64,000 nucleotides of DNA from Mobula hypostoma. Lineage: Eukaryota. The translations under genes and the position numbers were made by a program. Below, piece by piece: positions 41,136-52,609 of the stretch. The notes beneath the pieces were generated by a model. That model did no database searches. It had not been told where the DNA came from and saw nothing but the letters and a program-made list of their open reading frames with translations. The stretch is taken from contig NC_086108.1 in assembly GCF_963921235.1 (NCBI RefSeq), forward strand, positions 115,632,001 to 115,696,000. The letters run 5' to 3'. Position 1 is the first letter of the stretch, and each line of letters starts with the position of its first letter.

Positions 41136-41464
41136 AGCCTCTGGCTGAGTGTACAGCAGCCAGGTTTGCTGCTGATAGAAAGACAGCTGAATGACCTCAC
41201 CAGATCTCATCTATCACTTGCCAGCTTGCACTCCGTCCCCTTGCCGCCTTCTGCACAATCTCTTATGGCTGTGAACCACAATCTCTGCAGCCACTTTTGT
41301 TCAGTCTGTAGGATACAAACTAATGGGTACAGGGCACTTGTCAGTCTTTGACCACGTTCGTTTGCCCTGGACTCACCATGGAAGCTTTCTACAGACACCC
41401 CTTCCTGTAGCCTTTGATATTCAGTGATTACTGAGATGCGTTTAGCTTCTTCTAACTTGAAGAT

Positions 41465-41625
41465 TGACCTAATGCACCTGGATCACTTCATGAACCTGTA
41501 AACACTGCCTCATTATTCCTCTTTAGCACTGTATATTTATTTCTGTAACTTGTAGTAATTTTTATGTTTTGCTGCCACAAGACAACAAATTTCACATTAG
41601 CCAGTGATAATAAACCAGATTCCGC
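41465..41625 (+). mobile_element. LINE (Rex1/Babar-like) 3' UTR fragment
   Basis: gctgccacaagacaacaaatttcac...gtgataataaaccagattc resembles a recalled fish Rex1-type tail. Confidence 0.45.
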
Positions 41626-41639
41626 TTCTCTCAATAATT

Positions 41640-42045
41640 TGGAATCTCTGCCATTACTGCTGCCCCAGACTTGTTGACTAATGGTTCAATGTCAGCCACG
41701 CTTTTCCATTTTTAATAAAAGCGCTGGAAGCTCACTGCGTCTGCTCTCATATAAGTTTCCTTGCATACTCGATCTTCTCCCTCTTCATAGTTCCTATTAG
41801 TCTTCCCGATACAGATTCTACATTCATCTTTCCAATGTTGCAATCCTTTCTATTTAATTTGATAGCATCCGTAATTTCCTTAGTTAGCCACAGACGATGC
41901 CTTTTTTTTTTAAATCATGCCTTACTTTCTCCATGGAATATAATTCTACCAAAAATTATGAAATATCCACTAAAATGCTTCCCACTACTATCTGTTATCT
42001 ATTTTTCCCAGTCCACTTTAGCCAACTGTGTCCTTGCCATGTTTG
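41640..42045 (-). mobile_element. Old CR1 ORF2 fragment
   Basis: Loosely the reverse complement of the CR1 segment at 59230-59700 (e.g. cttagttagccac, cccagtccactttagcc). Confidence 0.45.
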
Positions 42046-42239
42046 GGCTCTAATTGTCACTGTAGCACCGTAGAAATTGTCTTTTCTTCAGCTGAGGATA
42101 TTAGCTTCAGGACTACATTCTACAGCCACAGATCACATTTGCAATTCTACCAGACCCACACAATGTGATTGATCCTAAATTTCTCTCTCAAACAGCCCAC
42201 GGCTGTAGTGATAGGTGATGAATACAGGCCATATCAGTC

Positions 42240-44080
42240 AAACATGCTGGGCTCTGACACCATGGGAGGGGCAGTACTGGGGGACATTCACTGAGGGAGG
42301 GGTGGTACTGGGAGATTGTCACTGTGGGAGGGGTGATACTGCAGAACAGTCACAGTTGCAGGAGCACGACTTGGGGATTGTCACTGTGGGAGGGGTGGAC
42401 CTCAGGGAGGGTCACACTTTAGGAGAGGTGGAACTGAGGGAGAGTCACAAGGTGGGAGGGGTGCTACTGATGGAGGGGTGGTACTGAGGGAGGATCACAC
42501 TGTGGGAGGGGTGGTACTGAGGGAGGGTCACACTGTGGGAGGGGTGGTACTGAGGGAGGGTTGGTACTGAGGGAGGGTCACACTCTGGGAGGGGTGGTAC
42601 TGAGGGAGGGTCAGACTGTGGGAGGGGTGGAACTGAGGGAGGGTCACACTCTGGGAGGGGTGGTACTGAGGGAGGATCACACTGTGGGAGGGGTGGTACT
42701 GAGGGAGAATCACACTGTGGGAGGGGTGGTACTGAGGGAGGGTTGGTACTGAGGGAGGGGTGGTACTGAGGGAGGGTCAGACTGTGGGAGGGGTGGTACT
42801 GAGGGAGGGTCACACTCTGGGAGGGGTGGTACTGAGGGAGGATCACACTGTGGGAGGGGTGGTACTGAGGGAGAATCACACTGTGGGAGGGGTGGTACTG
42901 AGGGAGGGTTGGTACTGAGGGAGAGGTGGTACTGAGGGAGGGTCACACTCTGAGAGGGGTGGTACTGAGGGAGGGTCACACTGTGGGAGGGGTGGTACTG
43001 AGGGAGGGTCACACTGTGGAGGGGTGGTACTGAGGGAGAATCACACTGTGGGAGGGGTGGTACTGAGGGAGGGTTGGTACTGAGGGAGAGGTGGTACTGA
43101 GGGAGGGTCACACTCTGAGAGGGGTGGTACTGAGGGAGGGTCACACTGTGGGAGGGGTGGTACTGAGGGAGGGTCACACTGTGGAGGGGTGGTACTGAGG
43201 GAGGGTCACACTCTGGGAGGGGTGGTACTGAGGGAGGGTCAGACTGTGGGAGGGTCACACTCTGGGAGGGGTGGTACTGAGGGAGGGTCAGACTGTGGGA
43301 GGGTCACACTGTGGGAGGGGTGGTACTGTGGGAGGGTCACACTCTGGGAGGGGTGGTACTGTGGGAGGGTCACACTCTGGGAGGGTCACACTGTGGGAGG
43401 GTCACACTCTGGGAGGGTCACACTCTGGGAGGGTCACACTCTGGGAGGGGTTGTACTGAGGGAGGGTCACACTCTGGGAGGGGTGGTACTGAGGGAGAGT
43501 CACACTGTGGGAGGGGTGGTACTGAGGGAGGGTCACACTGTGGGAGGGGTGGTACTGAGGGAGGCTTGGTACTGAGGGAGTGTCACACTGTGGGAGGGGT
43601 GGTACTGAGGGAGAGTCACACTGTGGGAGGGGCGGTACTGAGGGAGGGTCACACTGTGGGAGGGGTGGTAGTGAGGGAGGGTCACACTGTGGGAGGGGTG
43701 GTACTGAGGGAGGGTCACACTGTGGGAGGGGTGGTACTGAGGGAGGCTTGGTACTGAGGGAGTGTCACACTGTGGGAGGGGTGGTACTGAGGGAGAGTCA
43801 CACTGTGGGAGGGGCGGTACTGAGGGAGGGTCACACTGTGGGAGGGGTGGTAGTGAGGGAGGGTCACACTGTGGGAGGGTCACACTGTGGGAGGGGTGGT
43901 AGTGAGGGAGGGTCAAGGGAGGGGTGGTACTGATGTATTCACTCTTGAAGGAGGATGAGACTGTGAGAAATGCAACCTTTTTCATCAGATGCCAAACCGA
44001 ATTCCCTATTTACCCGTTAAAACCTCCTGGTCCGTAATCGGAAATTGGAGGGGTGAATGTTCTTAGTTTCCCTGGTGCCA
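42240..44080 (+). mobile_element. Deu-domain SINE-like relic hosting the 33-bp minisatellite
   Basis: Left flank ggctctgacacc...gcagtactg and right flank ctgtgagaaatgcaacctttttcatcagatgccaaaccga...gttaaaacctcc are colinear with the recalled Deu domain (ggctgacactccagtgcagtactgagggagtgctgcactgtcggaggtgccgtctttcggatgagacgttaaaccga). Confidence 0.5.
42262..43932 (+). repeat. G-rich 33-bp minisatellite (GGGAGGGGTGGTACTGAGGGAGGGTCACACTGT) with 16-17-bp half-unit variants
   Basis: Tandem units are directly visible; copies at the left edge are degenerate. Confidence 0.97.
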
Positions 44081-44911
44081 GAACGGAAACAAACCATTTC
44101 TCCAGCCTCAGGTTAATGAGAGCTTCAGAGAAAGGCTCGGGCGGTGCGGAGCAGCTCTGAAGGTCAAACACACGAGCATTTCTCCGCACACAGTCGCTTC
44201 ATTATTTATACCCCGGCCTGATGCAGCCTGTTTAAATTTTCATCAGCTCCGATTGCTTCCACTTCAGTCTCCAGTCACTTCCCTTTCGTCCTCCCGCCCC
44301 TGACGCCTCAAGAATTTGCCGAGTGCCCACATTTTCTCCAGATCCTGTGTGGGGATTAGTCCAACGTTCCCCAGTGCCCTCCCACACCCGCTGCTCCAGA
44401 GATTTTAGTTGGTTCAATTGGCTGTATTCATGTCTGGTTGAATGATAATTAAACTTGAACTTAAAATTGAATGAAGACCAGAAATACCTGTGGTCAAGGA
44501 CCATAGTGGTGGCAGCCAGACCAGTGAGTCCCAGGCCAGAAGTCCTTGCAGGCAGGAGACACAAAGGCCAGTGAGCCTTTCTCCCTCCCCAGCTCAGCGA
44601 GTCTTGGAGTCCATGTGAGTCTGCAGACTGAGGCCCTGAATTCTCAGTCCAATGATCAGTGTGTCAGTACAAAAGGTCAACCTGTTTCACTGAATGTTTT
44701 GATGTACAAGGGATAAATAAACAAATCCGATTCTTCAGGTGAGGCTAAAGAGCTCCGAAACATTGGACTCAGCTTCAGTGGGGAAATAGATCTTGCCCTA
44801 TTGCCCTCGAAGGCCACAGGCCTGGACAGCTCTTTGTTTGTCTAACACGTCTCCGTCACTCCATTTGGGTTCACTGACTCTCTCCCAAGCCCCCATTAAA
44901 CATTCCGGAAA

Positions 44912-45440
44912 AGTTCAAAGTTCAACATGAAAGTAAATTTATTATCAAAGTCCATATCTGTCACCATGTACAACACAGAGCTTCATTTTCTTGCAGGCAT
45001 TCACAATAAACTCAAAGAAACACAATAGAATCATTGAAAAACTGTGCACAGATGGACAATCCCTGTGCAAATAACAAAAGGTGTAAATACAAGAAAAAAA
45101 AAATTGATAATTATTGAGAATGTGAGATGAAGACTTCTTGAAAGTGACTCCGTAGGTTGTGGTAAAGGTTCAGAGTTGGTGTGGGTGTGGTTATCCCCCC
45201 TGGTTCAGGAGCCTGATGGCTGAGGGGTAATAACTGTTCCTGAATCTGGCAGTGTGAGTCCTGAGCCTCCAGTACCTTCTTCCTGATGACTACACTGTGA
45301 AGACAGCGTGGCCTGGATGGTGGATGGTGGATGCTGCTTTCCTGTATAGTTATGCGCAAATGTGGGGCCGGCTTTATCCGGAATGGACTGGGCTGTATCC
45401 AATAAACAGGAGTTTCTGTTCAAAGCCATTGGTTTCCATA
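44912..45440 (-). mobile_element. Rex1/Babar LINE 3' fragment
   Basis: A minus frame reads HHPGHAVF...SGRRYWRLRTHTARFRNSYYPSAIRLLN. The tail is aaagttcaaagttcaa...aaatttattatcaaag. Confidence 0.8.
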
Positions 45441-45540
45441 CCAGTTTGGGAAGGTAAATGGATCCAAAGGGAAGATATACAGAACGGTCACAGACAAACC
45501 CCATAAGCTCTGGAGGCTATAGTCAGCTTGGTTCGAGAAG

Positions 45541-45670
45541 CAAAGTTCAAAATTTATTATGAAGTACATATATGTCACTATATATAACTGAGAGTAATTT
45601 TCTTGTAGAAATTCACAGTAGAATAAAATATCAATGAAAAACCACACACAAACAAAGAAAGGCAAACAAA
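45541..45670 (-). mobile_element. Second Rex1/Babar 3' tail fragment
   Basis: caaagttcaaaatttattatgaagtacatatatgtcac is similar to 44916-45050. Confidence 0.7.
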
Positions 45671-45769
45671 CAAGGGATTATTTAAAGTAGAAATGAGGGT
45701 AAAGTGAAGGAGCACGAAAACTCACTGTAAAGCTCTCTGTCCCACTGTTTGAGAATCCCGGATTCACTC

Positions 45770-45895
45770 AGCTCATAGACAGGTCATTCAGTCCAACTCA
45801 TACATCCCAGCCAAGGTGCCTGCTAGCACTAGTCCCATTTGCCCATGTTTGGCCTACATCCCTTTAGACCTTTCCTATCCACATACCTGTCCAAC
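45770..45895 (-). mobile_element. CR1-type 3' tail running into a minisatellite
   Basis: tagtcccatttgcccatgtttggcctacatccctttagacctttcctatccacatacctgtccaa is the reverse complement of the tail type seen at 41010-41070. Confidence 0.65.
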
Positions 45896-46243
45896 CTTTC
45901 CTATCCACGTACCTGTCTGAAACTTTCCTATCCCTATACCTGCCTGAACCTTTCCTATCCCTATACCTGTCCAACCTTTCCTATCCCTGTACCTGTCCAA
46001 CCTTTTCTATCCGCGTACCTGTCCAACCTTTTCTATCCGCGTACCTGTCCAACCTTTTCTATCCGCGTACCTGTCTGAAACTTTCCTATCCCTATACCTG
46101 CCTGAACCTTTCCTATCCCTATACCTGCCTGAAACTTTCCTATCCCTATACCTGCCCAACCTTTCCTATCCACGTACCCGTCTAACCCTTTCCTATCCAC
46201 GTACCTGTCTAACCCTTTCCTATCCACGTACCTGTCTAACCCT
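45867..46243 (+). repeat. 26-27-bp minisatellite (CCTTTCCTATCCACGTACCTGTCCAA)
   Basis: About 14 tandem units are directly visible. Confidence 0.95.
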
Positions 46244-46552
46244 TGAGAGGGTGCAGAAGACACGTACCAGGATGCTGCCCGGTTTAGAGAGTATGTGATT
46301 TTAGAATGGAGATGAAGAGGAATTTCTTTAGTCAGAGAGTGGTGAATTTGTGCAAGTTTTTGCCATAGGCATCTATGGAGGCAGTCTTTATGAAATCTCA
46401 GATTAGCGATTGGTCAGGGCATGAAGGGATATGTGAGAAGGCAGAAGATTGGGGCTGAGAGAAAATTGGATCAGCCACGATGAAATGGTGGAGCAGACTT
46501 GATGGACAAGATTGCCTAATTCTGCTCTTTTATCATATAGTTTTATGGTCCT
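46243..46552 (+). mobile_element. CR1 3' fragments
   Basis: LERVQKTRTRMLPGL, gagatgaagaggaatttctttagtcagagagtggtgaat, and tail gcctaattctgctc...ttatggtc. Confidence 0.8.
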
Positions 46553-46559
46553 AAATCAC

Positions 46560-47355
46560 TGCTCAGCCTCCTTCGCTCTGGGGAAAACAGTCCCAGCCTG
46601 TCCAGTCTCTCCTTATAACTCAGGTCTACCACGTCCAGTAATATCTGCGTGAATCTTTTCTGAATTCCCTCCAACGTAGTGATGTTCGTCCTATAGCTGG
46701 GCGACCAGAACTGCACACAATATAAACGAGTGCAATTTCACTAACAGCTTGCACATTGTGGAACGATAATAAACCCATAAGACCAAAAGGCATGGGAGCA
46801 GAATTAGGCCATTCAGCCCAGCGAATCTGCTCTGCCATTCCACCATGGCTGATTTATTAACCCGCTCAACCCCATTCTCCTGCCTTCTCCCCGTAAACTT
46901 TGACACCCTGACTAATCGAGAACCTATCAACCTCTGCTTTAAATATACCCAATGACTTGGCCTCCACAGCTGTCTGCAGTAATGAATTCCACAGATTCAT
47001 CGTCCTCTGGCTAAAGAAATTCCTCCTTATCTCTGTTCTAAATAGACACCCTTCTATTTCGAGGGGGTGACGGCTGGTCCCTCACCACAGGAAACATCCT
47101 CTCCACATCTACTCTATCTAAACCTTTCAATATTCAATAGGTTTCAATGAGATTTCTCCCCTCTTATTCTAAACTCCAGTGAGTACGGAAGCAGAGACAT
47201 CAAATGCTCCTCATACATTAACCCTTTTCATTTCTGGAATCATTTTGATGAAGCTCCACTGGACCCTCTCCAATGCCAGCACATATTTTCTTAGATAAGG
47301 AGCCCAGAGCTGCTGACACTAATCCAAATGTGATCTGACCAATGGCTCATACAGC
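46560..47355 (-). mobile_element. CR1 3' fragments (two adjacent pieces)
   Basis: Tail ccataagaccaaaaggcatgggagcagaattaggcc and ORF2 C-terminal remnants; homologous to 48342-48895. Confidence 0.85.
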
Positions 47356-47959
47356 ACAGCAACACTGAAACATTGTGCCTCATCCTATTGAGCTGCATGC
47401 GCACCTCAGCCCTCCAGATCCCTCTCAACAGAGCCATAGAATCAAGGGGCAAACAGCACACGACAGCTCCTTCGGCCCATCCAGTCCATGCTGATCAGTT
47501 ACTATGCCTGGTCGCACTGACCTCCTGTGCCCTTTCCTCGTACATCCTCCCGAAGCCTTCGAGGGAACTGGCCACAGTCTGGTTTCTGCAGTGTCCCCGG
47601 GCATTTCCAAGACCGGTTTGTGTCAGTGAGAACGCTCCGACCTCCTTTCCCCAACCAGCCTAATGTGGAATGTTTCCTGTTGATTATTCCTAGTGATCCC
47701 AGTAACAGAGTCACTCCCACACTGCAGAGGCACAAGGGGCTGTACCCTGGGCAACCCCCAAACCCTGGAGAGATCATTAGGAGGCAAGTGGGAGGGAGGA
47801 GAGGACAGAAGCCAGGCCCTCTCCCACACATCACTGTCAGTTATCACCATCATCTGAAAGGTTGCTGACCAGAATGGCGATTGACACATCAGCTCAGACT
47901 GGAGGTGAGATCAGGCTGGAGGTTCCAACATTAACCCTTCAATCACAAGGGAAGTCCAG

Positions 47960-48340
47960 GCTCTCCTGTTCAAACCCTCCACACGCTCACTCCTCTGTGT
48001 CTCCGTAACCCCTATACACTCTCTCTAGCTTTCAACACCATTCCGTCTTTGTAACCCCATCTGCCCCATACACCCCTCCCTGTCTCTGTAACCCCCTCTG
48101 GACCCTACGCCTCTCCCTGTTTCTGTAACCCCCTCTGCCCCCTATACTTCTCCCTGTCTCTGTAACCCCATCTGCCCCGTACACCCTTCCCTGTCTCTGT
48201 AACCCCCTCTGGTCCCTACACCTCTCCCTGTCTCTGTAACCCCCTCTGGTCCCTACACCCCTTCCTGTCTCTGTAACCCCCTCTGGCCCCTACACCCCTC
48301 CCTGTCCTCGTTACCCCCGCCAGACTCTACTCCCTTCCCT
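47960..48340 (+). repeat. About 37-bp minisatellite (CCCTGTCTCTGTAACCCCCTCTGGTCCCTACACCTCT) grown from an L2-like ORF2 end
   Basis: About 8 units are visible. The lead-in ctcctgttcaaaccctccacacgctcactcctctgtgtctccgtaacc resembles the L2 FKSLHGLAPPYLCNLL coding motif. Confidence 0.85.
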
Positions 48341-48341
48341 A

Positions 48342-48895
48342 TAGGCCATTCAGCCTATCGAATCTGCTCTGCCATTCCATCATGGCTGATTTATTATCTC
48401 TCTCAACCCCATTCTCCTGCCTTCTGCCAGTAACCTTTGACACACTGACGAATCAAGAACCTATCAAATAGACCCAATGACTTGGCCTCCACAGCTGTCT
48501 GCAGCAATGAATTCCTCAGATTCCTCGTCCTCTGGCTAAAGAAATTCCTCCTCATCTCTGTTCTAAATAAACACCCTCCTGTTCTGAGGAGGTGCCCTCT
48601 GGTCCTGGAGTCGCCCACCACGGAAACATCCTCTCCACATTCACTCTATTTAGGCCTTTCAATGTTTGATACGTTTCAATGAAATCCCCACTCGTTCTTC
48701 TGAACTCCAATGAGTGCAGGCCCAGAGCGATCAAATGCTCCTTATATGTTAACCCTTTCATCTCAGAATCATTCTTGTGAACTTTCTCTGCACCCTCTCC
48801 AATGCCAGCACACCGTTTTTTAGATAAGGGTCCAAAACAGCTTAAACAGTCCAATGAAGTCTGACCAATGCCTTATAAAGCTTCAGCTTTACATC
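48342..48895 (-). mobile_element. CR1 3' fragment
   Basis: Minus ORFs give MVGDSRTRGHLLR...FRTEMRRNFFSQR and LGLHSLEFRRTSGDFIETY. Confidence 0.9.
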
Positions 48896-48904
48896 CTAGT
48901 TATC

Positions 48905-50100
48905 ATAACCCATAAGACCATAAGACATAGAGCAGAATTAGGCCATTCAGCCCATCGCGTCCACTCTGCCATTTCATCATGGCTGATCCCGGATCCCACT
49001 CAAACCCATACACCTGCCCTCTCACCAAACCACAATCAGAGATTTATCAACTTCTGCTTGGAATATACATGTGGACTTGCCCTCCACAGCAGTCTGTGGA
49101 AGGGCATTCCACAGATTCACTACTCTTGGGCTAAAAAAATTCCTCCTTACTTCTATCCTAAAAGGTTGTCCCTCAATTTTGAGGCTGTGCCTTCTAGTTC
49201 TGGATACTCCCACCATAGAAAACATCCTCGCTACACTGACCTTATCTAGTCCTTTCAATATTCAATAGGTTTCAATGAGATCCTCACGCATTCTTCTAAA
49301 TTCCGGTGAGTACAGGCCCAAAGCTGCCAAACGCTCTGCAAATGTTAACCCCTTCATTCCCAGAATCATCCTTTATGAACCTCTCCTGTTCTCTTTCCAA
49401 TGATAAAACATCCCTTCTGAGATACGAGGCCCAAAACTTTTGACAATACTCCAAGGGCGGCCTGACTAGTGTCTTCAGCATTATCTCCTTATTTTTATAC
49501 TCTATTCCCTTTCAAATGAATGCCAACATGGGATTTGTCTTCTTTACCACAGATTCGACCTGTAAATTAACCTTCTGGGAGTTTTGCACCTCTGATATTT
49601 GAATTTTCTCCCTACTTAGATAACAGTCTGCACTATTGTTCCATTTACCAAAATGCATTATCATACATTTCCCAACACTGCATTCCATCTGCTACTTTTT
49701 TGCCCATTCTTCCAATTTGTCCAATTCCTGCTGCAATCACATTGCTTCCTCAACACCACCTACCATCCACCAAGCTGCAAACTTTGCCACAAAGCCATCA
49801 ATCCCATTATCCAAATCATTGACAAACAATGTGAAAAGCAGCGGTCCCAAAACTGACCCCTGTGGAACACCACTAGTCACTGGCAGCCAACCAGTAAAAG
49901 CTCCTTTTATTCCCACTCGCTACCTCCTGCCTGTCAGTCATTCCACTTTCCATGCCAGTGTATTTCCTCCAACACCACAGGATTTTATCTTGTTTCGTTT
50001 CCAGCTCTCTTGAAATGAACACTGCCATAGCATTAACCTTCCTCACCACCACTCAACCTGCAAGTTAACCATTAGAGAATCTGCATGAAGACTCCCAAGA
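48905..50100 (-). mobile_element. CR1 ORF2 3' portion (RT to tail)
   Basis: MKGLDKVSVARMFSMVGVSRTRRHSLK and KTLVRPPLEYC. The minus strand also encodes VTSGVPQGSVLGPLLFT. Confidence 0.9.
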
Positions 50101-50844
50101 CCCAAGGGAAGAGAAATCGCAGGGATGTGAGGAGATGGTGGGCGAGAGGAGCATTGACGGGAGACTGCTGTGCTGTGCTGCCAGACTGTGAGAGACAGGG
50201 ACTGCCCAGACCGGTGCTTGGGTGTGCAGACGCTAGAAGGTTGAACACTAACTCCCACAACAGCTCCTGTACTCCCCGAGGGATCACAGGTCAAAGGCGA
50301 CGGGCAGGGTGACAAACTGCACTTTGCCAGAATGCAGATGGTGTCCTGGGGACAGTGGGTCCGGCAGTAATTAGCAAGTGGCGGACTATGGAAGGGCGCA
50401 GGGCGCAGGGAGCAGGGAGAAGATCTCACTGCCTCCATCGCAGGCCGAGCAGACAGGAACATCAATATAAGGTCATCAGACTGCCAGTTCCTCTGACAGC
50501 AGCTCCCCGGAGACTCGGCCACTCACTGACAGCTTTGTACTGCACTGCCAACAACTCACAGACGCCAAGAAGATTATCACCCCCTGCCGCTCGCCCGCCT
50601 CATTCAACAGACGATTCACACACTCCACTTCCAGTCAGAGAGAGACACACAGCACAGAAACAGAGACAGGCCCTTCAGCCCAAATTTCTGGTGCTGGCCA
50701 TCGATTAGAGACAGAAGAGACTGCAGATGCATGCAGACTGCTACAGGAACTCAGCAGGTCAGGCAAAGGAGCCCTGATGCAGAGTTTTGACTGTTCTCTT
50801 ACCTCCCCTCAGATGCCGCTTGGCCCACTGAGATCGTCCAGGAC

Positions 50845-51110
50845 TACCACAGTAACGTAGCGGTTAGTACGACACTATTACTGCCCAGCACGTCAGAGTT
50901 TAGAATCCAATTCCGGCGTCCTCCGCAAGAAGGTTTGTCCATTCTCCTCATGACCTCATGGGTTTTCTCTGGTTTCCTAAGACATACTGGTTGGAGGGTT
51001 AAATTGCCCTGTGACTAGGCTCGGGGTAAATAGGTGGGGTATTGGATGGCGTGGCTCTGTGGACCAGAAGGATCTGTTGTACTGTATCTCTAAGTAAAAT
51101 CAAATAAAGC
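50845..51110 (+). mobile_element. V-SINE (HE1-like) copy
   Basis: A-box-like gtaacgtagcgg, B-box-like atccaattcc, V-domain ggtttgtccattctcctcatgacctcatgggtttt, and a CR1-type tail ggaccagaaggatctgttgtactgtatctctaa. Confidence 0.7.
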
Positions 51111-51589
51111 TCGTTCAGACCCTCTGCAGCCTCTGGCACCCCATCCCTGATCTGTACCCTTCTTGGTGATTCAAGTGCTCATCCAAGTATTTACTTACCT
51201 CTACCTCCAACACCACCTCGGGAGTGAGTCCCAGATTCCCACTCCCCGGTGGGTAAATATTTCCCTTCAGATCCACTCTGAATCACTAACCCCTCACCAT
51301 CAAGCCATGCCCTCTAACTTTAGAAACATTCACAGCGAGGACAAGTTCCCTCCCGTGCCCTCATGAATCTATATCCCTCAAACCCTTTCCTTTCCAGACT
51401 AACACCTCCTCAGCTTCTCTCATTCCTCCCATTTATTGTCCCACTCAGCCTCATCCTGGGATGGGGTTCAAGCTCTCCCTCGGATCATTTCACTCCAGCA
51501 ACCCTGTCTTTCAATTTAAGTCTTTCAGCCTGGATTCCCTGGAACTGAACATTCCTTATATAGCAAATGGATCGATCGTCCTTGCGCAG

Positions 51590-52345
51590 AGAATGTGGGG
51601 TGAATCCCCTCCTCCCTTTGGAATGTGGAATTAACAGCCTCCCTTCCCCAGTGATTGTGAGATCATTCCATCACCCCCACCCCCAGGAAATATGTGATAT
51701 TGCCCCTCATTCCACAGGGAATGGATGAACAGTTTGCTTGCCCTGCAGGGAATGTAGAGACATTCTCCTCTGCCCATGGAAATGTGCAATTAATAGCCTC
51801 CCTCCACAGTCAAATGTAGGGCCATTCACCTCTCTGCAAAGGGGATGTGGGGCCATTCCCTCTCTCCACTGGGAATGTGGGGCCACTCCCTCTCTTCACT
51901 GGGAATGTGATGCCATTCTGCTATCATCACAGGGAATGTGATGCCATTCCGCTATCTTCACAGGGAATGAGGGGCAATTCCTTCTCTCCACAGGGAATCT
52001 GGGCCATTCCCCCTCTCTATGGGGAATGTTGGGCCATTCCATCTCTCCATGGGGAATGTGGGGACACTCTCCTCTCTCCACAGAATGGGTGGGGTCATTC
52101 CCCACTCTCCACAGGGAATGGGGGAGTCATTCCCCACTCTCCACAGGGAATGGGGGGAGTCATTCCCCACTCTCCACAGGGAATGGGGGGGGTCATTCCC
52201 CACTCTCCACAGGGAATGGGGGGGGGTCATTCCCCACTCTCCACTTACCAGAAACGTTGGTATATACTCCACAGACCCCAGGGAAAGTGCAGCTATTCCT
52301 CTCCCCCTGGAAATGAGGGATCATTCCCTTCCCCCACTGGGATAT
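51590..52345. repeat. About 33-bp self-complementary minisatellite (CATTCCCCACTCTCCACAGGGAATGGGGGGAGT)
   Basis: Near-perfect units at 52095-52245, with progressively more degenerate units back to about 51590. Confidence 0.9.
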
Positions 52346-52609
52346 GGAGCTATGCTCCTCCCCCTTCCGATCCCTCCATGGCAAGTACATCCGCCCACCT
52401 ACATACACGCCTTTCATCACCACATACACTCCAACAGTCCTCACCTACACGCGTCCGAATTCCCACCTACACTCATTCAGACGCCAACACAGCCCTTCGA
52501 AACCCAGCAACAATTCCTCAGCAGTCCAATCTACACCGTCCACACCAACACACCCCATCCCGTACCAGATACACTCTGCATGCCTGTTCCATATCTACAC
52601 TCTCCTCCG

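Noticed and set aside
42445..43985. Repetitive ORFs (PQYHPSHSVTL; GGVVLREGHTV) resembling amelogenin-like or Gly-rich proteins
   Set aside because: They are both-strand translations of the 33-bp minisatellite with frame-breaking half-units, and have no signal peptide or exon structure.
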